This document shows positions 51,561-63,151 of a DNA stretch of 63,272 bases, piece after piece; positions within the stretch are counted from its first letter, which is position 1; every line of letters begins with the position of its first letter. Under the pieces are notes generated by a model, which was not told the DNA's origin, made no database searches, and saw nothing but the letters and a program-made list of their open reading frames with translations. The stretch lies in NCBI GenBank assembly GCA_054600435.1, contig BAAIJX010000023.1, positions 310,001-373,272 of the forward strand, written 5' to 3'. The position numbers and the translations under genes are program-made. This DNA comes from Neophaeotheca triangularis (taxonomy: Eukaryota).

Positions 51561-54500
51561 TAAGTAGATCGACCTTATACTACTAATAGAATATACCTAG
51601 GATATACTCGACTTATAATCACGACTATAGTCTATCTAAGTTACTATTATAACTATAGCGCTAGTAGGATAATAGCGGCCTAAGCTATAGAGTAGCTTAG
51701 GAGTACTAAGTATATATACTATAAAAGTATATAAGATAGCTAATAGTGAAGTCTCCTATCTACTATCGAATAGTTTCTATATTAAAGGACTATTACTATT
51801 ATTACTATTATTATGCTCTACCCTCACTATACTATAATCCTAACTAAGTTATAGTCTTAGTCTTATAATTCTATTCGATCTTAGAACCTTCTTAGGTTAA
51901 GATTTGCTTAGACATCATAGTACTATCGCGCTCGCTATACCTATAGGTCGACGACACTAACCTAGTAGACTCCCCTAATACTATTACTAGAGTTAATACC
52001 CTATAAGAATAAGAAGAGGTAGCGATAGACTAATATATAGTTCTTACTACTACTATTATAGAACTCTAATAATAATTAGTAGAGCATATAGCGTCTATCT
52101 AGCGAGCTACTAATAGAGCGACAGTCCTCTATAACGAGTCTAAAAGAGGATATATCGAACTAGAGGACCTAGTAGATATTATCTCTACCCTAGAGGTATA
52201 TAAGTAGATAGTAGACAAAGATCTACCTACTAGCGTAATGATAAAGGAGTAAAAGTCTTATATTAATATTAAGAAAGCTTTTTGCTTAGCTAAACTAATA
52301 GTTTATAGGAGTTACCCTAACCTCCTAAAAGTATAGATGTTTATCTAGTAATACGAGTATATATTTAAAATGTACCCTTATATTTACTTTTATTAGTATA
52401 AGCATATCTAGTATACTATAGGCTATCTATATAGCTATATTAGCTAGAACTAGGAGAGTAAGGAGTTATAACTTAAATATGAAGAGATAAAATAGTCTAT
52501 GTTTAAAGAATAGCTACTAGATTAGATCCTCGACCCTAAAAACTATACTATAAACATAGTATTCTAATGTTTTAGAATGTCTAGAGGGCGACCTAATCTA
52601 TTTATGACTACCTCTCGTATATTAAAGACTCCCTCTATAAGGCTAATGTCGTCTTACTACTAGAGTATACCCTCCTAACCCTTATTAAGATAGGTCTATA
52701 GGAAAATCTTAAGGCTAAGCTAAATGCCTAGCTAATAGTACTAGATAACTATTATAACCTCATTACGCTCTATACATATCTCGACGATTCGAGCTATAGT
52801 AGCTAGGATACTAGAGACGAGATAGTAGATAAGCTATATAAGACTAACTTAAAAGGTTCTAGCTATAAGAAAAAAGAATAAAACTAGAGTATAAGTAATA
52901 ATAACTCTAAACCGCGCTACTAGTATACTAATAGAATACTAGCGACTAGTATAAACTATATAGGTACGACTAATAGTAGCGAACAAAACAATAAAGCCCT
53001 TAAAGAAAACCTCTATTTTAAGTGTAGTAATAAAGGCTACTAGTAAGAAAATTGCTAAAAGGGAAAAGCTTAGCCCTAGGTCATTTAATTGTTAGCCTTA
53101 AAGGCTTAGGGTAGTAAGTAGACAGTATATTAATAGAGCGCCTATAGGTAGTCATAAAGATATATAATCATATCTACGATAGGCTATACTTTAAGGCCTA
53201 TAGGCTTATCGATATAGGAGCATATTATAATGTTATCTTAGAAGACATCGTAGTCTAGTATAACCTACTAATAAAGGGCGACTAGATTTATAGGCTATAA
53301 GCCTTTAGTGATATTAAAGCCCTAATAGTAGGCTAATGTTAACTCTATACTAAAGTCGCTAATTTAGATAGTATAGTTCAAACTATCCTATAGATGTTCG
53401 AAGTAGTAAACTAGAAGGATTATGAAATGATTCTTAGAATACCTTAGATCTAATTTACGAAAGTATAGCTTGATTTCATATCGCTACTAGTATAGTAGTG
53501 CTATAGTAGTATATATAATAAAGAAGAAGTTAAAATTATCGAGGCTAAAGAACTAGCCTAAGATATTAATAGTAGAGCATCTATCCTCGTTATTAGTATA
53601 GAAGACCTATATAGGACCCTAGTAGAGCTATAGGTACCTAAGTAGTTAGTAGAGTATACTAAGGTGTTTAAATTAGAGAAGGTAAAAGAGTTATCTCTAT
53701 ATACGCTTTATAACTACTATGTCGAACTAGTCGAGGGAAAAAACCCTCCTAGTAGACTAATCTACCTATGTTCCGAGCTAGAGCTTAAGAAAATGTAGTC
53801 ATAGATTAATAACCTACTTATAACAGACTATATTAAGCCTAGTACTAGCCCTACTAGCATACTATTACTATTTATTAAGAAGAAAAACAATAAACTTTAT
53901 ATATATATCGATTACTAAGGCTTAAACAAAATTACTATTAAGAATAAGTATCCTTTACTACTTATTAGTAAACTCTTAGATAGAGTCTATAGATTAATGT
54001 GGTTTTCGAAAATCGATTTAGTCAAGGCATACTACTATTTATATATCGCCTAGAGCGATAAGTAGAAGATAGCATTCTACTATTAGTATAGCTATTTCTA
54101 ATATAAGGTTATGCCTTTTAGACTCGCTAATATACTAGCATCATTTTAGGCCTTTATTAATAAGGTACTTATAGAGCTAGTTAACTACTACTATATAGTA
54201 TATATAGATAATGTTCTTATCTATTCCTATACTAAGGTAGAATACTATGAATATATTCGAGTAGTCTACTATTAGCTCGCTAATGCTAAGCTATATACTA
54301 GTCTTAAGAAATACGAATTTATAGTCTAAGAGATTAGATTCCTTAGTTTTATTATTAACTCTACTAGAGTAGCGATAGAGCCCCTATAGGTAGCTATAGT
54401 ATAAGATTAGCTAATACTAAAGTCCTTAAAAGAACTCTAAGTGTTCCTAGGATTCGCGAATTTCTATTGTCGCTTTATCGAGGGATATATAAAAATCACT

Positions 54501-54592
54501 ACTCCCCTTATAGACTACTTATAGTATAGTAGTAGTAAATAGTAGCTACTAGGTAAAGATGTCTAAAAATCCTTTAAAAAGTTAAAGTATAG
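51560..54592 (+). mobile_element. RIP-inactivated Ty3/gypsy element B (gag, protease, RT), truncated by element C; left boundary approximate
   Basis: Zinc knuckle (C)FKC(G)NKG(H)...NC at 53014-53055; G-GGA-AAA at 53061; protease LID(T)GA at 53205 in the -1 frame; RT KNKYPL, WFSKIDL, VMPF, YID(D)VLIYS at 54201, FLGFANFY. It ends abruptly at 54592. Confidence 0.88.
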
Positions 54593-54948
54593 TGTCGAGC
54601 GGCGAGAGCACTCGAGAAGCCGGGAGACTAGTTTTTGCTTAGGGAGGTATTGTTCATAACGGTTATGAATAATGTAGCGGGATTAGGAATCGGGTGTAGT
54701 CGAGAATTAGGGATTGTTCGTAACGGTTACGAATAATGCGTTAGGGGTTAGAAATCAGTCAGGTCGGTTATAGTATATAGAGGCCAATTTAAGTAGTCGC
54801 AATTCATTCTATATATGTCTATATAGGTAGGTATCTAAGATATAAGTGCTAGTGTAGGGGGAGGTGTAGGTATGTGAAGGGGGTAATGACAAAGTAAATA
54901 CCGTAAAACTAGTATGTCTACGAATGTAGTACAGGAGTCACCACGACA
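54593..54948 (-). repeat. 3' LTR of element C (356 bp)
   Basis: Ends are TGTCG...CGACA (5-bp inverted termini). It is directly preceded on the minus strand by a purine tract, and its outer edge coincides with the break in element B's RT. Confidence 0.8.
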
Positions 54949-54957
54949 TCCCTCCCT
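54949..54957 (-). promoter_or_regulatory. Polypurine tract of element C
   Basis: AGGGAGGGA immediately before the TGT that starts the LTR. Confidence 0.75.
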
Positions 54958-54997
54958 AGCTAGAAAGTCTCGCTACTCTATAGTAGCCCGCGCTACC

Positions 54998-57900
54998 CTA
55001 AACCACTATTAAGTTCTCCTTATCCTACATTTCCTCCGTAAGCTCCTCCTATCCTACTAGTATAGCTCCCCTCTTTCCTTCATCCTATAGCGGTAGAGCG
55101 GAGCTAGAACTTTCCGAATAGTAGAACGACTTATTCTAAAACACCCTTTTCTCTTCGTCTCGCTAATATGCCTAGACGAGCTCGTACGCCTTAACAGCAT
55201 CATCCCGGATTTCCTAAATGTACTTCCGGACGTGACGTAGGCTCTCTATAGTAATAGTGCGTAGTACTTACTAGACGTCGGGGCTCGTGTACTACAATTC
55301 GCCGACAGCTACTCTAGACAAGGCATCCTATGCCGCTAGATGTAGGGTCGCGGGAAACGGTATACGAGGAGCTCTATACTTAGTAGTATAACCGGAGGCA
55401 CTTAACGGGCTAGGCACGAAGTCGCGGTATGTAGTAGTAATGTCGCTCTACTTTCTACTAGTAGTATTCTAAAGGTACTCATGGTCTCGGTCGATTCCTA
55501 CAAACTAGGGTAGGACGGTTATGCGTTAGCGAACGGCTTTTGACGTAGTAGTGCTATAAGGTAGGCGTAGATTAGAAACGCGAACTTCGAAGGCCTTATA
55601 AGGGACCGGCTACTACTTTAAACCCCGGGCTAAGAGCTAGTCTTTCAGTAGGTTCGCGTTATTAATAGCTATAATCTCTTTCTTATAGTCTAGATTATTA
55701 GCGACAAGGAAGTTCGTCTACTCCTCTAGGCGCTAGTACATCCCCTTAACCACTATAGTGTAGTCGTCCTCGAACTCATTAAGGATACTAATACTACCCT
55801 AAATGGTGTATACGCTAGTACCGTTGTTCTATGTAAACACCGGGTTCAAATCGATGTGCCTAAATCTAGTAGAGTCCCTAGGGTACTAGTTCTTAGTGTA
55901 ATATAGGTAGGACACTAGCTAAAGTAGGCCGTTATCGCGTAAGAGAGTATATAGTAAGATTAGTACTAGGCTCTAGCGAAGGTACTGTTGAATTAGGCTA
56001 TAGTACATGTTCCTATACTAGCCCCGGTTAGACATGTTGTTTTATAGGTAGACGTCGTATATACTGAACTCGCTTTTGATCAGGTCCTTAACCTCTAGTA
56101 GCTTAGGGAATAAATCCGGAATGTTAATAGTGCCGTTCTTTTCCTATTCTTTACGCTAGGCGATAGTAACGCCGAGTCCTTCTATAATCCTCGCTTTCTA
56201 GTCCGTGTCGAGATAGCGTATCACGCTAGATTCTACCGGTTTATATACGAAAGTCTCTAAGTCATTAACATCGGCCGAGATCCCTAGTAGACATTAGACT
56301 TCGGTGTTTAGAAACTAGCGGATGTAGCTATAAACGACGTTTTTCTAGGATTGCTTCGGGAGCCTCACGATGTAGAAGATATAGTTATTAGTCATCTTAG
56401 TATCTTTCCCTTAAATAACTAACCCAAGACTCTACGCTACTAGCCTCTAGTGGGTCGTGTACACGCTATAGTGGTAGGCACTATAGCTAGTACATAAGTC
56501 TATACGATCCCTATCTTCCACGATAATACGGAAACCGGTTCTCTAGTCGTTATCGGCCTTAAGCATAACCCGTAACTATAGTAGGGCTATCTTGTCTACC
56601 TTATATGTGTATCGGCTGCCGCGGAGACTACCGTATACAGCATTGCTAGTAAACTAGGCTACCATGACTACTCGGATCTCCTCTAGCGTTAGAGAGGGTA
56701 ACTCGCTAAGCCGGGGTCCTCGTACTACTCGTGTTAGGGCCGTACCCGGGGGCGTAGCTAACATGCCTAGAGACGGAGCTGACGTTCCTACACTAGCGGA
56801 CCGGGTATAAGTGCGAGTACGAAGGGCTAAGGTAGTAGATGTAGGTATAGGCGAGGGTTATAGTGGCTAGTAATACCCCTAGAGCTAGCGACGAAGCTCC
56901 TCCGACATAGACACTATAGATACTACATCCTCCTTAATCGTAGGCATTAGTGGTATGTTAGTGTTTCGAGATCGCGGCTGTCCTATAGGGCTCGGGGAGA
57001 CGGTGCTAACGAAGCGCCCTTCTCGTCGTGGGGTCTCTAGGGCTTTAGGTATCGTTAGGGTAGTAGGATAGGTAAGGAAAGAGAGCTAGCTATCCTGTCC
57101 TCGGTATAGGGCGAGGTCGTTTAGGCGCATCTTTTTATATTTGTCGACTAGCTCCTCCACTATGTTCTATAGCTCGTTAGTAGTCCGCTTAGTCGCAAAC
57201 TTAGATACCTAGTCTATACCTACTACGTAATTAAAGTCGGCCTTAGTGTAGAAGAACGCGCGGAGTGGTTTCCCTTTTCTACTAGTCGGTTAACCTATAG
57301 GAGTTTCTTTAACAAGTCTATATATAGTCTAGATACTAGTAGTAGCACGTAGCTTCTAGAACGTCTACTCGGATGCCTAGGTATATTTAGCGAGATTAAT
57401 GAATCCCCGGGACATATTCTCTAGAGCCATGAAGATGTAGTTAATAGTTTCCGAATTGATAGCTTTAGCGGCATTAACCGGCCTATATAAAGAGAGGAAG
57501 TTCTCCTTTCGAGTAATGTGCGGGTCACGACAGCTACGGGTAGCCATGTCTTTAACCTTCCTAAACTTAGCTCTTTTCGGGGCCTACGTAGGGTCGCTTC
57601 GTGTGTAGTCATCTACTATGTATGCTAATATGTCCTAGTCTTCGCCTACTTTATGCACTATCTTAAGCATAGCGAGCTACGCGGCATCTCGAGCGCGTAA
57701 GTTAGTTATAGTAGTAATCTTTTATAGCATCTCCTTTATAGTGTTTTTAAGCTATACCTTAGAAATGCTTAAGGTGTATCGCTATATGTCGAGTGTTAGA
57801 GCTCCCTATTCGCTAGTCGCTCCTTAGGTTTAGTAGACGCTTAACTAGTTAGTAGACCTCGCTACTATAATGTTGTTAGGCGCAGGCGCGGTCGCGGGTA

Positions 57901-58054
57901 TAGCTAAGGTAGTAGTAGGGCGCATAGTAGCCTAGCTGCTATAAGTAAGGCGAGGGCTTTTAGGAGCTACTAGTTCATTCGAACTACCTAACCTAGAGCT
58001 AGCTTAGGAACCCGCACGTAGGCGCTTCGGAGTAGCTACTTACTTAGGTGCTAT
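54998..58054 (-). pseudogene. ORF3 of element C: ~1020-codon protein with a C-terminal PhyH-like 2OG-Fe(II) dioxygenase domain, RIP-inactivated
   Basis: One frame with no frameshift and only TAA/TAG stops. De-RIP reading: G(W)(C)RNMY(H)SLIQQ; LVSY(P)YYTK; DST(G)FRHIDLN (HxD intact at 55850-55858); I(Q)GSISIL(D)E...(C)TIVVKGM(H); PVP(C)KAFEVRV...LP(H)(G)...RITVLP(W)FVG; KSFYY. The start codon (ATA, presumed ATG) and true stop are uncertain. Confidence 0.75.
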
Positions 58055-58489
58055 AGTTAGCAATCTTAATCTTAACTATAGGAAAAAGAGAGAGAGAGAG
58101 ATATGAAAGTAAGGAGAAGAAGAAAAGTAGAGTTAGTTGCTCTATGTGTCGCGCGCTAAGATGTATCGGGTGTCGGTGTCGGTATCGGTATTAAAGTGAA
58201 AAGGTGTTAGTAAAGTCGTAGGTTTAGGAGAATGTGAAGTAAGGAAGTAGGTGTAGACACTAAAGGACGGAGGTGTCGGAGTAGTAGGTACTAGAGATAT
58301 CGACAAGGTTAAAGAGGTCGTAAAGGTCGGGGGGAGTAGCTACTTCAAGGCTTATCTAGAAGTGAAGCTGAACTACTCGAAGGTTCTCGTAGTGGTGCTA
58401 ATAACAGCTAGTCAGCCGGGTATAGTGTAGTTAGTGTTAATGATGTCTCGGTGTGAGTAAGAGAAGAAGAAGTAGTAGTAGTAGTGGTT

Positions 58490-58548
58490 ACTATTAGAGA
58501 GAGAGAAGAGGTAGAGGGAGCGGAGTAGGAGGGGAGGCCTCTTTTATA
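58490..58548 (-). promoter_or_regulatory. Putative internal promoter for ORF3 (TATA box plus CT-rich tract)
   Basis: The minus strand has TATAAAAG at 58541-58548, then CCTCCCCCTCC...TCTCTCTCTC, about 0.5 kb upstream of ORF3. Confidence 0.45.
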
Positions 58549-58921
58549 GGTAGCTATGTTAGCTAGCGGAGCACGTGTCGGGCATATATCACGTATATAT
58601 TGCTAACTCACGCGCTAGTAATACGAGTAGTGACTACGTGTTAGACACGCGGCATGTAACACTAAAGTGTCATGGGGCGAAGGCAATCATTATTCATAAC
58701 GGTTATGAATAATGTGATGAGCTCGGCTATAACGCCAAGAATTTATAGGGTGAAGGGAGACATTGTTCATAACGGATGTGAACAATATAACGCGGCCGCA
58801 GCGATAACACTACACTACAGGGTGACGGGAGGCATTATTCATAACGGTTACGAATAATGTAGCCACACTAATCTTCATCGGACTCTAGGTCTCTAAATTG
58901 CTCGTACTCTATCGGGTCATA

Positions 58922-61900
58922 CTAAATACTAGGAATCGAGACGAAACTAGCACTACTTCGCCTCGGTACTAGCGCAACATCAGTAGTTAGTTATAACCGC
59001 TAGCTCCTATAAGGCCCTTCCTATATAGCTAGGACGATGTCCTTAGGGTTAGACGCGTTACCCCTAGATATCGAGTGCTCTTCCGCTAGGTCTACGTTGT
59101 CCTCGTCTTACATTACGAGTGTATTATTCCTTAGGTGAAATAGTTTCAATAGTCGACTAGTATACGGCTTATCTAGTACTGTCCCATTAAGCTCCTCGAG
59201 ACGGTATAAGCCTATATTCTCCTAGACAGTTTTGACGCGATATAGACTGAGCTAGCGAGGGGAGAATTTACGGTTCGCCGTCATATTAGTATTACGTACC
59301 GAGTCGAAGAGTAACACTAGATTACCGATAGTTAGTTCCTCTAGCCTTATCTAGTGAGTCTTATCGAAGTACTCCTTATTGAACTCGTAGTAGTATCGTA
59401 AGTATAGAAGGGCTTCGTCTATCTTCTTATCCCGACGTTCGAGCTACTTTATCTACGCTACTAGTAGGTCTTCCGTCATTTAAACGCCGTTCTAGTTAAT
59501 GTTGTACTAGGTTAGGAATAACAACTCTACTAGTAGGATAGGCTCCCTACTATAGATTATAGCTACTAGAGTCATACTAGTAGTAGCTCGCACGGTAGTC
59601 CTATTAGCCTAGAGCGCGCTATAGAGTAGGTCTAGCTACGGTCGTCCGGTATCTCGACTCGCTTTAGCTAACGCATTAATGATGGTCAGGTAGCCTCGTT
59701 CTACTATACTATTAGCTTAGGGGTAATACGGCGAGATCGTAATGTCTTAGATACCGTATCCTTTAAGTAAGACGGTAGTCTACCCTTAGTTCTCTAGGCC
59801 TCTATCGTGGACTAGTTTCCTAAACACTCTATGTCGAGTAACGATATCCTCGTAAAGGAAGCGAGCTAGCCCGCGGCTCTTAGTGTTACGTAGTGGTCGG
59901 CCTTCTACCTAGCCAGACATATCTTCCCGGGTAAGGGTAATGTACTAGAAAGTACGGGATTCCGGCATTCGTACTAGGTCGACGGCCTACTTCCTACCCA
60001 CTACGTTCATATAGGTAGGGTGTAGTAGTTCTTCTAATCGGTTCTATACGCGTAGCTAACACTCCTAGTAGGTTTTAACATATACCGTAATAGTATTATA
60101 CATGCCTTCCTACTAGTACCTATCTACTACTTTCTAGTATGTCCCTTCTCTTCTATAGTGACTACTCTTATCGTGAAGTTCCTTTATTATTTGTAGTCGG
60201 TTCCGCTCTCCGTCTACTATACGAGTTAATAGCTAGTTCCTATTTATATAGCGAAACAGTTAGTCGTTACGGACTAGGAATCATATTACTTGTCGCTTAA
60301 ATGCTCGGAACTCCGATTTAGATAGGTCTATAGGCCTTCATATAGTCATGAGCTAGTAGGCGACATTTTGCGAGTACTTAGAGTAGGTAGAGTTGAGCAT
60401 ATTGTCGTTAGTAGGTTCCCCCTCCCTATTAGAAGGAGTCGAAGCTCCGTCTTCGCTACTCGCGGGCGTTAGGCTATACACTAGGAGTAACCCTACTACA
60501 TAGGTAGATCCTCGATTTTCGTTACCAGTATACGTTAGGACTAGCGCTAGGGGTAGCCCTACCGCTAAGGCTAGTACTCTACTCCTACTAATAGTAGACG
60601 TTAGGCCTAGTGCCTAGGGCAGCCCTACCGAAATGCTGTCGAGATAGACGTCAACCTAGTCGTCGATGTCTTTAGTATTAACCGGTCTATTAGACTTCTA
60701 GGATAGGCCGTTAGCAATGACGTTTTTCGTACTAGCGACATGTCGTATGTCGAAATCAAATAGTTGAATCTAAGCTAGCTAGCGAGTTACTATAGTATTC
60801 GGCACGTCTAACGTAACCTTGTTAAGCTAAGTAACTAGCGTGTTAGTGTCTGTTTTGACTACAAACCTCGTACCGTAAAGGTATAGCCGTAACCTTTTAA
60901 GAGCGATTATTAACGCCCGGCACTCGAGCTTAATAGCATCATATTTCTACTCGCCCTCGTTCTAGAGACCGCTATTATACTGGATAACTCGTCTTTTTGC
61001 GCTAGCAACTTCTTGTTATAAGTAAAGTCCCTAGCTAGTACTACATGTATCGACTATAAGAACTAGTTAGCCTACGTCCACGCCGTATTCAACCGGGGCT
61101 ACGATCGGGAATTTCATCAGCTACTCTTTTAGGTCCGCCATTACCGCAGCTTGTTCCGGTCCCTAGATAAAAGGTATATCTTTCCGCGTAAGCGCAATAA
61201 TCGGTCTCGTATACTATATAAATCCCTAGATCAACTACTTGTAGTACGTGTACATTCTAATAAAGTCACGAGCTTCACGTAATGTGCGACACTTAGTCTA
61301 CTCAGTAATAGCTTCAACCTTTAAGCGCGACGGCTTTATACTACTAGACGTGTATATAAAGCCGACAACCTCAAGCTCCTCGGAAAGGAAGTACAATTTC
61401 CCTATAGCGATAGTACATCTAGCTCGCTCTATGTCCGCGAGTAGTCAGTCTAGTTTCCGGATATAGTTGTAGACCGGGAGCCTAATACCGGGTAAAGGGT
61501 TAGGGTCGCCCTAGGAGTCACTACGGTCGCTAATAGCGACGATGTCGTCGACATATAGGACGGCGTCATGCGGATATAGTACTATGAGCATCCACATCAT
61601 GACTCGGCAAAAGACAGCTACTAAGTTCGTCTAGCCTATTAGTAAGGTTATCTGCCTTAGGAGCTCTAATAGAGTCATGATGGCTATCATGTTGCGACTT
61701 TCTTCGTATAACTAGATTTCGTTATATCTAGAGAAAACGTCATATAGTGAGAGGAGTAGTCTACCCGTAACATGGTAGACGAAGCTCGCGAGATCCGGTA
61801 ACATTATAGCGTCTCGAACTGTAACCGAATTCAGGATAGTAGCTAAGTTAATTAGCCTATGTTTACTATTCTTCTTTTTAACTAGAAACTAAGGATTCCG

Positions 61901-62941
61901 GTATTGTCCTTAGCTACACTTAAGGACACCGGCTTTTAGTCGGTCTTCTAACATCTCGACGAGCTCCCTAGATAAAGCTTTTAGCACGGGATATGTCTTA
62001 GCCTACTAGGCTTTATAGGGTACTGTTCTCATCTTAACTAGAGGGTACATGTCTTCGTGGATTATGCTACACTCCTTAAAGTCCTAGGTAAGGGCTAGCT
62101 CATAGGCTATTAATATCGCTTCGAATAGCCGACGTTCTTCTAGTAAGAGCGTGATGTCAACTATTACTCCTACTATCCGCTCCGGGGTCAACCTATAGCC
62201 TCTTAGCTCTTATGTATATCGCGGTTTGAAGTGGCTATTATACTTAGAGTAGGCGATAAGATCTTTCGGTATACTCTTAATCTAGCGCTCTATAGCTTTC
62301 TTTCGCCAATCCAATTGTCTACTAGGAATTTCGGACAGGATAGTACTCGAGTCGTCGATAGGAACTACCTTGTCTACCTTCTGTTTAGCTATAGTCATGA
62401 CACTGAAATCCTCCTTTAGTAGTAAGGTAGGGTCGGAGGCGAGAGCTATAAGTTCTAAAGGTTTTACACTCTACGAGAGCTTCACACTATCTACTGTCAT
62501 GCTAGACCTCTATACGTAAGAGACCCTACCTAGGGTATTGTTCGTAGTAGTTATGAACAATGCTCGGGTACTAGTCGTGGAGTTAGCGGAGCGTCTAGGT
62601 GTCACGTGACTAGAGGCATTGTTCGTAGTAGTTACGAATAATGCTCGGGTACTAGTCGCGGAGTCAGCGGAGCGTCTAGGTGTCACGTGACTAGAGGCAT
62701 TGTTCGTAGCGGTTACGAACAATGCTCGGGTACTAGTCGTGGAGTCAGTAGAGCGTGTAGATATCACGTGACCGGAGGCATTGTTCGTAGCGGTTACGAA
62801 TAATACTCGGGTCGTCGTAGTGTTATCGGTCGCTTCGCGAATAGTAGGATTGTTCGTAACGGTTATGAATAATGATTTGCTTGGTTCTCGGTAGGTATTA
62901 GCGGTAGTAATCGAACCTACTTGTCCGCCCTACCTTTTAAC
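58922..62941 (-). pseudogene. pol: pol of element C (RT, RNase H, integrase; no chromodomain seen)
   Basis: RLTPER; YRNP(W)FLVKKKN; YVDD at 61544-61555; RNase H KLECRAL...KTD...LFDFDIRHV; integrase LHD..(G)H...VKT(C)(Q)EC; AVDLV; ISPYYP(Q)AN(G).VERG. Confidence 0.9.
62537..62873. repeat. 81-bp tandem repeats (about 3.5 units), each with a 25-bp palindrome, in frame within pol
   Basis: Palindrome copies start at 62537, 62618, 62699, 62780 and 62849. The unit encodes TSTRALFVTATNNASSHVTPRRSADSA. Confidence 0.9.
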
Positions 62942-63151
62942 GAATGAATAGAGGACGCGCTCTGATCTACACGTACTACGTACATGCCGACACCATTAAG
63001 GGAGAAATGGTCTCTAGCTTTAGAATCCGAGCCCACTAGTCGACGAATTCCTATACTAGGGACAAAGTCCGTAGTCGCTAAACCATCCTCGCTAGTGACC
63101 CGGTAGGTGACTTTACCCGACGGATTCCTCCGAACTTCGAGGGAAGTGCGA

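Larger units (their letters stand above)
54593..63151 (-). mobile_element. RIP-mutated Ty3/gypsy element C (non-chromoviral, Ylt1-like) with an extra ORF; 5' end replaced by telomere
   Basis: Order on the minus strand: protease C-terminus, -1 frameshift, RT, RNase H, integrase, ~0.9-kb spacer, ORF3, PPT, 3' LTR. Confidence 0.88.

Noticed and set aside
50250..51900. Exact LTR boundaries and target-site duplications for elements A and B
   Set aside because: RIP has obscured the TG...CA ends and the partner LTRs are lost, so no coordinates can be supported.
54998..58054. Telomere-linked RecQ helicase (TLH), expected at this position
   Set aside because: Manual translation shows no Walker A, DEAH or QxxGRxGR motifs. 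It shows HxD/PhyH-like motifs instead and lies inside an LTR element.
54998..58054. Retroviral env-like gene
   Set aside because: No signal peptide or clear transmembrane anchor in the de-RIPped reading.
51190..62419. Short ORF-track entries in the AT-rich zone (51190, 57421, 58672, 61248, 62231)
   Set aside because: They are off-frame or antisense by-products of RIP-damaged transposon sequence.
62537..62873. CRISPR-like array (palindromic repeats with regular spacing)
   Set aside because: The intervening sequences are near-identical rather than unique spacers, the array is in frame within pol, the context is eukaryotic and there are no cas genes.
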